Part shown: one piece after another, positions 11,401 to 24,900 of the stretch | Layout: every line of letters begins with the position of its first letter | Numbering within the stretch: position 1 is the stretch's first letter | Assembly (NCBI GenBank): GCA_951406725.2 | Contig: OX597820.1 | Location: 103,168,001-103,232,000 of the forward strand | Origin: Octopus vulgaris | Lineage: Eukaryota | Direction of reading: 5' to 3' | DNA: 64,000 nt | Program-made: the position numbers and the translations under genes | The notes under the pieces: model-generated | What the model was told of the DNA's origin: nothing | Seen by the model: the letters and a program-made list of their open reading frames with translations, nothing else | Database searches by the model: none

Positions 11401-14400
11401 CTTGAGGAAAACATATAATTTCAGATACAGTCTGGCCATATATTTTTCCAAGCACTATTCAAAGTTGAAGGTTTCACTTTATCTCATGACTCAACTGTAT
11501 TGTCCACAGCATCCATTAGCTATTATGTTAAATTTTTTCAGAAATCTCTAACTAGGTTTATCATCCCTATCAATTGCTTTCATAAATTGTTTGAAAGTTC
11601 TCATATAATATACTTTGCAGTTAGCTATCATACTTTGATACAATGACTGGTGCAAAGAAGTTATATTCTTAGGGATATGTTCTATTCTCACATTATCAGA
11701 AAGGGCATCTAAATTTGCTGGATGGTTTGGTACATTGCCTAAAAGGTTTGCCACATTTTATAGACAATTCATTCATTATTGCACTTCTGACTTGAGAGAG
11801 AGAGTCACACACACACACATACTTATACACACACATTCACATACATGTTTATACACACACATGCACAGACATTGTTGATGTACAAGCTGATATATCTTGT
11901 AGCCAGTTGGATTCAGAAGTTGGTGGGTTGATTGTGGGAATGATTAGGTTGCATTAGTTTGAATGTTAATAACCGTTGGCAGAGATTGTGGTGTTGCAGT
12001 TATATTGATCTTGCTAATTGTTTTGTTGTGGCTGTCCAATCTCAAATCAATCCCCACAAACCTGAGATCAAAATGTTTTATTCAACTTTTAAAATACACT
12101 AGGATACCACATATGTTTTTATTCAAAATGGATTTGTTTATCTATGTCCTACTATATATTACTGCTGCTGTTGGTGGTTGTATTGATGTTGATGATAGAA
12201 ACACACACACACACTTACATGATTTATACATAGTCTGTATATGCATATGTATGTGTCTATATACATATTAACATGCACATCATTATATATTCATGCATTC
12301 ATACATACACATATACACTGCACTTCATTTTATATTCTAATCTATTCAAGCAAAAATGATGACAGCCACCAGCTGGTACAGCCCCCTGTCCCTCCAGCTG
12401 TCCAGCTGTTACATCCTTGATGTCCCACTGGGTCAAGGGAGGGAGGGCCTAGAGTCTCTCTATGTTTGTCTGCAGCTATATAAGCGCTTATTGTCCTACA
12501 TTCTTTTGAAGAATTAATTTTGAATTTGTCTCTACAAATTACTTATTTAGATAGTTTCCTTTAACACCTAGATTATTTCTCCTTTTGATGAGAATTCTTA
12601 CACTGAAGTCAATACCGTCCTGGTCATCTTAGATCTTCCAAAGTGCCTTGCTATTTTTATTTTATTCCTTTTGTTTTGTTTTTGTATTTCTTTTTCAGCT
12701 GATTTAACTGTCTTTTTCTTGAAGTTTAATAAGAAAGACTTCTCTATTGACAATGTCTTCTTTTTTTTTCTCCTCCTTCCTTTTCCAAGGGTTGACACCT
12801 GCATATTCAGTGACTGTGTACCAGCAGACCTCATTGTCATCGATCCTCAGTTTCCAACTTCCCTACCTTTGGAAAATCTACGTCAGAAGTATTCTCTGTT
12901 TAATGAAGCCACTGATGTCACTACAATAAACAACACTGACAACAGCCGCATGGTGACAGTTGTGTCATATGATAATGAGGCTGCAGGTATTTATGTTCTT
13001 TGATGATTTTTTTTCATTTCAGAACTATGTTGGCAAGAGGATTAGCTTCCTTTCTTTGTTTCCATTTTCCCTTTCTTTACCATCAGCTTTATATTTTTCC
13101 ATCCCAGATTCTCTTTTTCTGCTGAATCTGGAGGAAGAGGCAGAAACCATGACCCTTCCAGACCCTCCTAAGACTAATGAGATTGAGACTGTTAACAAAT
13201 GTATTTAAACTGTTGCAGATCAACACCTGCTGGAAAGACATGAGGAAGAGATTCCAGACAGCTGATCTTCTGAGGAAGAAAGACTGAGAATAGTGTTTAG
13301 TATGGCATTGGTTGAGATGTGTAGGTGCAACAAGAATGATGAGCAGCGGAAAGGCACATGTGTTGGCACACTTGGGATGTGGAGATACAAGACTAGCCAC
13401 TTCAGAAGAGTAGAGGTCATTTTAGTAACTATAGAAAAGACAGAGAGAAAACAGTATGCCTGTAGGCCAGAAGGTGAAGTGCCTTTTAGTGATGGAATGC
13501 TTATCAGTCAAGAGGCCCTTTTTCTGGACACAACCGAAGGTGTCAGTGTGTGTGTTGCATCAGCCCAATTCTAGATACAGGTGTAGTGCTCCACTGTAGA
13601 CCATACTTGAGCCTTGTAAAGTCTGCAGCTGTTGGCAACTGAATTATCTCCAATCCCTAAAGAGGGTTTGAATGTTGTATTTTTTCTTTCAAATGCATAC
13701 ATTTGTGCATTGTTAGGGCAGTTGTGTTTGTACTTGTAAGCAACCTCTGAAATGTGTGGTAGGGGTGGAACCTGTTGTTAGCCAGAAAACCAAGGCAAAA
13801 AGAAAGTAGTGTCTTCCTCAGGTGTAGAACACACAATGGCTGTTTTAAGATTTGACTTTGTGATCATCGTGGTTCTCAAGTGGGGTCACATGGCCCTTGA
13901 TTCATGTCTTATTTTGTCCTTTAAATTATAATACACATTATTTGATTTTGATTTTTATTTTTTTTTTTTTCAAATATATTTCCAGTAATCAGAGCCCTAA
14001 AGAACAAGGATTCCATTTCCTGGAAGAATAATTCTGTGAATAAAGTTTATTATGTACGTATACTTCTTCACTGGAATTATGTTCTTGCTAATGTCTAATT
14101 ATGCATCTTTGTGTGTGTATTTGCATGTGCATACGTTTATACTCAAGTAGACCACAATTCGCCTGAAACAGTTATTTTGCTCAGAATTTCTAAATGTGCA
14201 TCTAGAAAACATATTTGAATTTTTACTTTTATATTTGGCTGATTGAAAGTTTATCATTAGCCCATGTGAGCTCCCTCATGCTAATCATTTGAGGGACATG
14301 TTTTGGGCTGTCTGTGTATGTAGCTGCAGCACTGTGGGAACAGTACTTCATTGTGCATACCTTGTAAAAGGTTAGTAGTTTTTGTGGCCTGAAGATTAAA

Positions 14401-15948
14401 GCCAGTCCTTATGATGCAGTCTCCTGTCGAGGTCTGCTAAGATCTACCTTCAGTATGTGCACTGGGCTTGTTAAGATTTGTTTGGGATTTCACAGCTCAT
14501 GTTTCTTATTTGATAAACCACTTTAGTACTTTAATGGTACTGGACAGGGGTTTTTTTTGGTGGGGGGGGATTTATTTTGCAGTGAGATAACACTAAGGAA
14601 GTATATTCTCCAGTTCTGGGATCTTCACCATTTCTATATTAATCAAAGTTTGCTTGGTAGTTCATATACATAATGTAAATTATAGTTTGTTGTTCAATTC
14701 AGTGATGTTCTTCTTTTTGTTGATCTTGTAATAGACATCTGATTGGACATTACCACAGGGGGTATTATTGAAGGATGTAATCATCATGTCTGGTATTCCT
14801 TTCAAACATGGTATGAAGAATGTGAAGAACTTTTTTCCAAGCGTTTATCAAGATGTATTTTCAAAGGTAGGCTTTTTCTTTTATGTATTTTTAGAATTTT
14901 ATTTTTGCTATTAATTAAGTATGCTTGTTTCTTGAAATACATATAGCATTTAGTAGCATGTAAAAATTCATGTAGCTTCTAGATTTGGTTGTTTGTACAA
15001 GGAGGTACCCAAAAGTAACTAGAAACGTTCCCTGTGAGACGAGCCTGTTGTAGTTCAGGTTTTTGTGACTGGTAGCGTCTACTAAAGTCACATTGCTATG
15101 TGGTGCATCTTTGTTTTGCAGTGCTTCTCCCATGTTCGTAGATTTTTGCGATCACTGAAACAAAGGAGTAGTATACTTCTGTGAAATTCTGTTTTCACCT
15201 GGGGAATATGGCAGCCAAAACATTTGTCATACCTCAGACCGCTTACAAGGACACTGCCATATGTAAAACAGAAGTTTACGAGTGGTTTCCACACTTTAGG
15301 AATGGTCACTTGTTGCTTGATGGCCCACTTTGTTCAGGCTGATGGAGATGTTAAAAGGCATCACTTCGCAAGAGTTCCAGCATTGCTTCAAATAGTGGAA
15401 AACACACCTAGACCAATACATTGCTTCATAATATTGCAAACTTCTGGTTTCTTTTGGGTACAGTCTTGTATACTATCAAAGATTTCATCTTCATGTAATA
15501 TTTCAAGTTTTTTCTGAATTCATCACTAAACCCTTGAGACAAGTTTAGTTGAGCAGTACATCATAATACAGCACTCCTCATTTTTACAGTATCCTTAATT
15601 TCTGAGGTATGAATTTTTGTCCTTCATAGTTTCTGTATACAACTAGATGGAGTGGATCTGTGAGAGTTTAGTTAAGGCTGTGATAAAGCACAGGCATAGC
15701 TGTATGTTTAAGAATTTTGTTTCCTAACTACATTAATTTCAATTCACTGGTAAAATTGTTAGCATGTTGGACAAAATACTTAGCAGCATTTCTTCTGACT
15801 CTTTACATTGCAAGCTCAAATCTCACCAAGGTCAACTTTGCCTTTCTCCTTTCCAGAGTAAAAAAAAAAGTACCAGTTAAACACTGGGGTTGACTAACCC
15901 ACCTCATCCAAAAAATTGCTGGCCTTGTGCCAAATTTTAAACTGTTGC

Positions 15949-15991
<43 letters not shown>

Positions 15992-18900
15992 ATAATAATA
16001 AGGTAGCAAGCTGGCAGAATCATTAGCATGCAGGGCAAAGTGCTTAGTGGTATTTCATCTGCGGCTACGTTCAGGGTTTAAATTCTGCTGAGGTTGACTT
16101 AGCCTTTCATCCTTTCAGGGTCAATAAATTAAGTACCAGTGGGGTCAGTGTAATTGACTAGCCCCCTCTCCTGAAATTTTAGGCTTTGTGCATATAGTAG
16201 AAAGGATTATTATTATTGTAAGGCAGCAAGCTGGCAGAAACATTAGCATGCCAGGGAAAATGCTTAGCAACGTTTCATCTGTCCTTATGTTCTGAGTTCA
16301 AGTTCATCCGAGTTTGACTTCGCCTTTTATCCTTCCAAGGTCAATAAATTAAGTACCAGTTGAACACTGGGGTCAGTGTAATCGACTAGCCCCCACCACA
16401 ACCTCCCCTAAAATTTCAGGCCTTGTGCCTTTAGTAGAAAGGGTTATTATTATTATCATCTTCATTATTATTATTTGAGTTGAAGAAACAGAATAATAAA
16501 AGAATTATATCCTGCAGTCAACAGACACTTTGTCCAATCCCGTGCAAAATCAAAATCATCAGAGTCCCCATTGTGACTTCATAGCAAAATTCATACCTGG
16601 ACTCAAATTATACTCATACATCCATCGCAAATAGATGCAGCTTCTTTTATTTTTAAACTTTTTTTTTATAATCTTTCCTTCAAACACTCATGCGTTGAAG
16701 TCAACGGGGGTGACCATCTTTATTATTATTACTACTACTACTACTGTTAGTCAAAAAGAATATGCATGTACATGTGTAGAACTAGAATGATTTGAAGATG
16801 ATTAGGCCAAGAATAGTCTCAAAACATAAAGATAGATACTGGAAAGCATGAAAGATGAAGTCAGTAATAAGGAAAACTATTACTCTTGCAATACTTCATA
16901 GATATAGATGTTTAACACTTTAGCTTTCAGATTACTCTGTCAAATGTAATGCTTTTAATCATGCATTATCTTGTAGCCTTGAGATTTCAATGAGGTGATT
17001 GTATATTTCTAAAATGACATTGTAGGGTAGGTATGAGAGATTGGATCTGGCCAATTTGAACTAAAACAGGTAGAATATTTGGGGTTTAAATGCTAAGGAG
17101 TTAAAAACATAATGATGTTATTAGTATTTCCCTAATTCTTATTCTTTGCAGATTGTTTCTTTTGAAGACAAAGGAGTTGCTGTGTTACATGTTAAAACCA
17201 AAGCTGTCTTCGAAGAAGTATTACAGGTATGATATAGTCTCTTGGATACTTTGTGTTTTTAGGCTTTGACAGATATTTTTTGTACATTTAATATCATAGA
17301 TTCATCATCATTTAACGTCTGCTTTCCATGCTAGCATGGGTTGGACGATTGGAGTCTGGCGAACCAGACTCCAATCTGATCTGGCAGAGTTTCTACAGCT
17401 GGATGCCCTTCTTAACACCAACCACTCCAAGAGTGTAGTGGGTGCTTTTACGTGCCACTGGCACGAGGTCCAGTTTGGTGGTACTGGCAACGGCCACGCC
17501 CAAATGGTGCTTTTTACGTGCCACCTGCACAAGAGCCAGTCCAGCGGCACTGGCGACGACCTCGCTCGAATATTTCACATGCCACCAGCACAAGTGCTAG
17601 TAAGGCAACGCGTAGCAATATAAGTACCACTATACATGCACAAATACAAGCAAATATGCATACCTTTACAACACATTGAGCAAGCCCCTGTGTGGCTGCT
17701 TGACCTGCTTGACATTACCTCTGGTTTTTTGATACAAACCTCCTGTTTTATAATGATCTTAATTAAATCCTTCCATTAAAATTTCATGTCAGTTTATGTT
17801 CCAAATATTGACAAAGTTATTTTACTAAATTCTTCATTATTTTCAAAATTAATTGAAACAAAGGCATTGTAGTCCAACAGAAATGAGGTAACAAAAGGGT
17901 CAAATCACATAAAGGGATATTTACCTACAATGGGCAAAGAATTTATGTAGTCTTAGATACATTGTCAGAATAAAAGATAGAATGGTCAGAGCTAGAATGT
18001 CTTGATCATAGACCTGCTCAATTATTGCTAACCTAAGGCTAAATTTAACAATGCCATCATCACAAACAAGGGAGTCTCTATGTGGTAATTTTTTTGCTTG
18101 AAATAGTAGTTAAATTTCCTCTTGAGAAGAGAAGGCCATATTGAACAGTATAGTCTAGATTTGCAGAGGATAGGATGGAGACATCCATGATCCTTTTTTA
18201 ACCTTTTTTTTTTGGGTTTTTTTTTCTTTCTAGCTCAACTTGACTATCAGCGGGAAAATAATATCTTTTGCTGCTGCCAGTATTGTTTGGGATCTCAATG
18301 ATGTAAGTTAACAATTAATTTTATTACATTTCATTTGTGAAAATATATCTAAAGTCTGGGAACAGCTGCTCTGAACATAAATTTTCACTTTATAAACCAA
18401 ATTGAACCAAGTTTGGTGATTATTCATGCTGTTGGTGTTATAAACAACAACAATTAATACAAATGCAGCTTTCATCATATAGTGTCATTAATACTACCTT
18501 AAAGTACTCCTTTAAACTCTTGAAGTAAAATCTCATTAAGTTAATTATGTATTTCATTTCCCTGGATTCAGTGAAATAACTGGCAAGTGTTAAGATGGAT
18601 TCATTCAACTAAGTTTGTCTGAAATAAATTTTTTGGTGCTGAGCTCATTTCAAAAATCGATTTTGTTTTTATAAGTTAGCCATGCTATATACATTTTACA
18701 AATTAACTCTGTTTTGCTCTTCCACGCTGGTTTCAAAACTAGCTTTAATTTAATGTAGATTGTAATAGAAATTCTTTGCTATTTTCTTTAATTATAGTAT
18801 TCTCGCACAGAAGATTTTTCCCCAAGCCGTTTTGAAGATAATGAGGTATATTTTTAATTCAGATATTAACTTGAGTGTTCTTTTCTTTTTGTGTATATGT

Positions 18901-21900
18901 ATATATGTGTGTGTGCGTGAATCTAGTATAGCTAGGGTTTTCAGAGAAAGAAATTGATCATCTAACATGTGCACTAGAAATACATTCTGTAAATGGAGCA
19001 GTAAAAGTATGAAAATTATCTTGAGTCCAAAATGTGACATTGTTTTTTTTGTTACCTACATTCCAATGATAGAGCTTTGTATCTTTGTCAGAAATGAGTT
19101 CCTTCCTGTAAGGAAGATTTCATGTAATTTAAAGTAGAAGAGAACATACATGCACACATATATACATGCGTGCATACATACTTTTCTTTTTCATATGTTA
19201 TTCCATGGTGCCATGGACTAATTAATTTTTTGAGGCATTATTTTATTGCTGGATGTGCTCATTGGTGCCAGCTCTTTTAGTTGCTTCTAATGACATGCAA
19301 AGACATGGGTCAGTGGTTAGAGCAGAGGTTTTCAACTAAGGTTCCGCGGAACCTTAGGGTTCCGCCAGTACAGTCCAGGGGTTCCACAAGAAGTTACAAA
19401 ACTGCTAAAATCAGCAGTAATTTTTAATTCTCCTGTGCAGATATGTGTGCATAAGGCTATTAAATTATTGCACAGGGGTTCCTCGAGCCAGTGGAATGTT
19501 TCCTTGGGGTTCCGCTCCAGCAAAAAGTTTGAAAAGCACTGGGTTAGAGCATCAGACTCACAATTATGATGTAAAATAAATTTACATAGCAGAATCTCAG
19601 TAATACATATTTAGTGTGTATGTGTGTGTTACATGGTATACACAATTTGTGTGTATTGTTAAGATATGCCGTTTATTTGTTGTAGGAACTACGATATTCA
19701 TTGAGATCGATTGAAAAGTTTGCACCATGGGTTCGGAATGTCTTTATTGTTACTAATGGTCAGATACCATCTTGGTTAAATTTGGACAACCCACGACTGC
19801 ATATAGTTACTCATGAGGTTTGTATTGTTACTTGTTTCTATTATATTTACTAGGGTATGCGGGTATTTTGAAAATATCTTATAGAATTACAACCATGCCC
19901 TGCATAGTTACAGGCTGCCCTTTGGCAAGGCATAGCACCCATTTAGCTACCCTGCTGGATATATGATGAAGTCATGGGTCTGTAGCATGATGGATTGTGA
20001 AGAGGTATCGGAAGAAGGCAAATGAGTCAACAGTTCTTCTTACATTGATGCTGAGTGGAAGAATCCTAGATCAACGGTCAGGGTCACCAAACTCTATCAA
20101 GAGAGTAGCTGCAGCGCATCCATGTTTGTGTATCAGCTAATGAAAGATTCACTGTGACTCTAGCTCCTAATTCAAATTCATTATAATGGAATTGAATGGC
20201 AACAGAGAGTCGTGGGAATTCATGAAAGCAGAAAAAGAAAAATATTTTTTACAATAGCACATTTATTGTCTTTTAAAGTTGCCATTCTTGTTTAGGTCCA
20301 GATCAGACTTCATTTATTTGACCTATTGCCAAAAGTATTCTATCCATGATTATCATCATCATCTTCATTTAGCGTCCGCTTTCCATGCTAGCATGGGTTG
20401 GACGGTTCAACTGGGGTCTAGGAAGCCAGAAGGCTGCACCAGGCCCAGTCTGATCTGGCAATGTTTCTACGGCTGGATGCTCTTCCTAACGCCAACCACT
20501 CCATGAGTGTAGTATTTTAATTTCAGATATAGTGTATTTACAATACTCCATGTGTCTTTTCTTTTTAAAAATGCTTAGATGTGATTTGAGGAAGACTTGG
20601 CTGGGGTTTTTTCAGCCATTGAACATCTGTTTAGAGACTTCTTTGTTGGCTTGTAACAGCTGCTGTGGTTTCATAAGTTAGTGAGATGTCATTATAACTG
20701 ACAAAGTATTCATTTAGCCAAGATATTTGTCCTTCAAAAGATCCCTGTACATGTATGTATAAATGGCTTCTATGTAAAGTGAATATTTCATAGTTGTTTG
20801 TATCAGTCAACAGTGTATAAACTAAATATGACCTATGTTTATGCACCATGAAAAGAGATTACTTCAGAAATTTCGAAATTCCTCCTCCAAAGAAACACCT
20901 TGGCCAAAACAAAACAAAAAAAAATTGTTTTGCTGATTTACAGTAGACTTTTTACAAATATTTTCAGATTTTCTCCACTGAATGTTGGGGTTCTACCTTC
21001 CGAATGTTGACTAATAAAAGCTCTACTTTCTAATTGAAATGTGTTGCATATTTACCTTTTTTGTTTTTTCACTTTCTATTTACTTTTATTATGTTATATA
21101 TTCTCTACAGGATATCTTTTTGAATAAAAGTTACCTTCCTACTTTTTCCTCTCCTGCAATAGAAGCCAATTTACACCGTATTCCAGGAATTTCAGATAAA
21201 TTTATCTATCTCAATGATGATGTAATGTTTGGCAAAGAAGTCTGGCCTGATGATTTTTATTCTCATTCAACTGGACAAAAGGTAGGTTAACTAGTTTTAT
21301 TCTAAACTATTTTTGACTGTTATTAGAAAATAAAATATCAGGACCGGCCTCAGTCCATTTATGCATACCTTTCCTTCTTGTAACACAAAACTCTACTTGT
21401 GAAGACCTGTTGAGGCAAGTGAAAATCAAAATCAAAATCGATCAACATCAATGGAAATTGTAGCTGTGATACCAGTGCCGGTGGCACATAAGAGAACCAT
21501 TCGAATGTGGCCGTTGCCAGCGCCGCCCCGAATGGCTTCCGTGCCGGTGGCACGTAAAAAGCACCATCCGATCGTGGCTGTTGCCAGCCTCACCTGGCAC
21601 GTAAAAAGCACCCACTACACTCACGGAGTGGTTGGTGTTAGGAAGATCATCCAACCGTAGAAACATTGCCAGATCAGATTGGGCTTGGTGCAGCCTTCTG
21701 GCTTCCCAGACTCCAGTTGCACCGTCCAACCCATGCCAGCATGGAAAGTGGATGCTAAACGATGATGATGATGATGATCCTTTATAGTTTACCATAAGTC
21801 ACTGCCCCGTTCAATATTTCTACCTGGCCCTTGGGTGCATTTGTGAATTTTACTCTGTTGTTAGCATTTCAATCAGGAATCAACCTTTTAATTCTTTCTA

Positions 21901-24900
21901 CCTCGTGTTTTTCTTTTCTCCTGCACCTATTGATTTGCCAATATACATGCTTAGGAACAACTATACCTGTCTAACGAGACTGAAAGTGGGGTAGGAAAAT
22001 ATGATAGAGGGATAGGAGCAAGTGTCTTGCTGAAGAAATGAATACATGGTTTCTTTACCTGAAAGGAGTGAGAGAGATGCAAGATCAAGGTACATGTTGT
22101 GCAGGAAAGCAAGTCTTTAGAGATAGGGAGGAGAGAAAAAGTGGGTGGGTAGGAAGTGCATTAGTGTGAAAATAGTGTGTCAAATAATTAGAGATGGAAA
22201 TAGAAACAATTACAGGCTGACTAACTTTTTAACTGATGTATTGAAAGATCATTGCAATGAGATAACACTGATTATAAAATTTAAGACAAATGTTGAAGCA
22301 GTTTATTGTTTATACTTCCCAGTACACTCTGTAAAGTGGTTAGCATTAGGAAGGGCATCCAGCCATAGAAGCCATGCCAAAACAGACATGGAGCCTGAAG
22401 GCGGTGAGCTGGCAGAAACGTTAGCATGCCGGGCGAAATGCTTAGTGGTATTTCGTCTGCCATTACATTCTGAGTTCAAATTTCGCTGAGGTCGACTTTG
22501 CCTTTCATCCTTTCAGGGTTGATAAATTAAGTACCAGTTACGCACTGGGGTCGATGTAATCGACTTAATACCTATGTCTGTCCTTGTTTGTCCCCTCTGT
22601 GTTTAGCCCCTTGTGGGTAATAAAGAAATAGGTATTTCGTCTGCTGTTACGTTCTGAGTTCAAATTTCGCCAAGGTCGACTTTGCCTTTCATCCTTTCAG
22701 GGCTGATAAATTAAGTACCAGTTACTCACTGGGGTCGATGTAATCAACTAAATCTGTTTGCCTGTCCTTGTTTGTCTTCTCTATGTTTAGCCCCATGTGG
22801 GCAATAAAGAAATAAGACATGGAGCCTGGGCAGCACTTCAGTTGACCAGCTCCCATCAAACCCTCCAACCTATGCCAGCACGGAAAACAGATATTAAATG
22901 ATGATTATGACTTCAAATGTTTGTTTTGTTTTCGTTTTTTTTTTTTTTTTTTTTTTACACCTGATGGTTGTTTCCATGTTTCCTTACAGGTTTATCTAAC
23001 ATGGCCAACACCTAATTGTGCTGAAAACTGTCCTGCAATGTGGATTAAAGATGGCTACTGTGATAAAAGCTGCAATAATTCTCGATGTGATTGGGATGGA
23101 GGAGACTGTGAAGGTAATGATAAAATAGACCATACAATTATTCATCAGCTTACCTTATATACATAGGCGCAGGAGTGGCTGTGTGGTAAGTAGCTTGTTT
23201 ACCAACCACATGGTTCTGGGTTCAGTCCCACTGCGTGGCACCTTGGGCAAGTGTCTTCTACTATAGCCTCAGGCCGACCAAAGCCTTGTGAGTGGATTTG
23301 GTAGACGGAAACTGAAAGAAGCCCGTCGTATATATGTATACATATATATATATATATATGCGTGTGTTTGTTTGTGTGTCTGTGTTTGTCCCCCTAGCAT
23401 TGCTTGACAACCGATGCTAGTGTGTTTATGTCCCCGTTACTTAGCGGTTTGGCAAAAGAGACTGATAGAATAAGTATTGGGCTTACAAAAGAATAAGTCT
23501 CGGGGTCGAGTTGCTTGATTAAAGGCAGTGCTCCAGCATGGCCGCAGTCAAATGACTGAAACAAGTAAAAGAGTAAAGAGTATATAACTCACAAACACAC
23601 ACATTCATACAAACACATACACACATACATGTATTATGTGTTTTATCTGTGTGTGCAACTGCATAAATAGAAGCAAGTAGGGTGGAAAGAGCTTTTTTTT
23701 TTTTTTTTTCAGAAGTGTGCAGCTGTGAAACGAAAAAGCATATGTCAAAATTCAAAAATGAAAAAATTTTGTGAATTTTGTGATAAGTAAAAGTAATTGG
23801 TTGAAAGTATAGAAAATTGATAAAAAAAAAGTCCAGAGAAATCAATAATGTATCCAGAAGATGGTACAATCCAAAAAGATGAAATAACTTAGGTCAAGAA
23901 GGTGAAAAGTCAGACACACTTACACATGCAGAGCAGTGAAGAAAGAAAATGGCAGACAGAAGTGAGATAGTGGAACAAAAGCAACCTTTTTTGAGGGAAG
24001 AATGGACCCAAGTGAAAGAAACAGCAGAAGTTGTTGGGGGTGGGGAACAAGCTGAAGAGAAGATAGTGGTCAAGCAGAAGTGACAGGGTGAAGAGAGAGA
24101 AAAGTGGGTGATTCAAAGGTGCTAACCACAGCAAGGAATACTGAAGTATTGACGAATGTGTGAAAAAAGTAGTGTCAGTGTAACGGTAGACTCTATACAT
24201 GCATTTGAACATAGCAGGGACCAACTGGCCTTCGGCTGCTGTTTGTATCCTGTTGTGTCCACTGTTCTGATTGGTTCGTATTGGCACAATTTGTCATCTA
24301 CTCTGTTGTGCCAACTGACCACAGATAGCCAGTCAGAGACTTTAGATAGCATCACGTGAACAACCTTTTTTGAACCTTATTTTGAGCCTACTACTTTCTA
24401 TAAAAACCCAGCTTTTTCTTCAATACACATCTTTTGGTTCCAGACCTCTTTAGGTCTAGCCACTGACTACACAAGATACAGCCAGTTCCAGTGACAACAC
24501 TACAGCATCCACATTGAGACTTAACAATTTCATCCAATATTATTACTGAAATTGCCTTCTTTGTCACCACCATCATGTTCTCAACATTGTCGATATCATC
24601 TCCCTACATACACAGCTCAGCAAGCAACTTGCCCAGGTTCCAACATTTCATTGTTCGTGAATTACTTCACCATCTACATCAACAGCAAATATACAATCTG
24701 CATGAATTCCTGTATCAAATGACCCAGGCAGCAGCATCACAGCCACAACTTCACGTACAACATATACCTGCAACCATTACATGTTGCAGAAGGGTATCAA
24801 GCTGTAGAAAACTATGGTCCAACATATTCTCAACTAACCCTTGCAAATATAGGAAGGTAGATGTTAAAATAATATTGATGGTAATGAAGGCGCATGGCTC

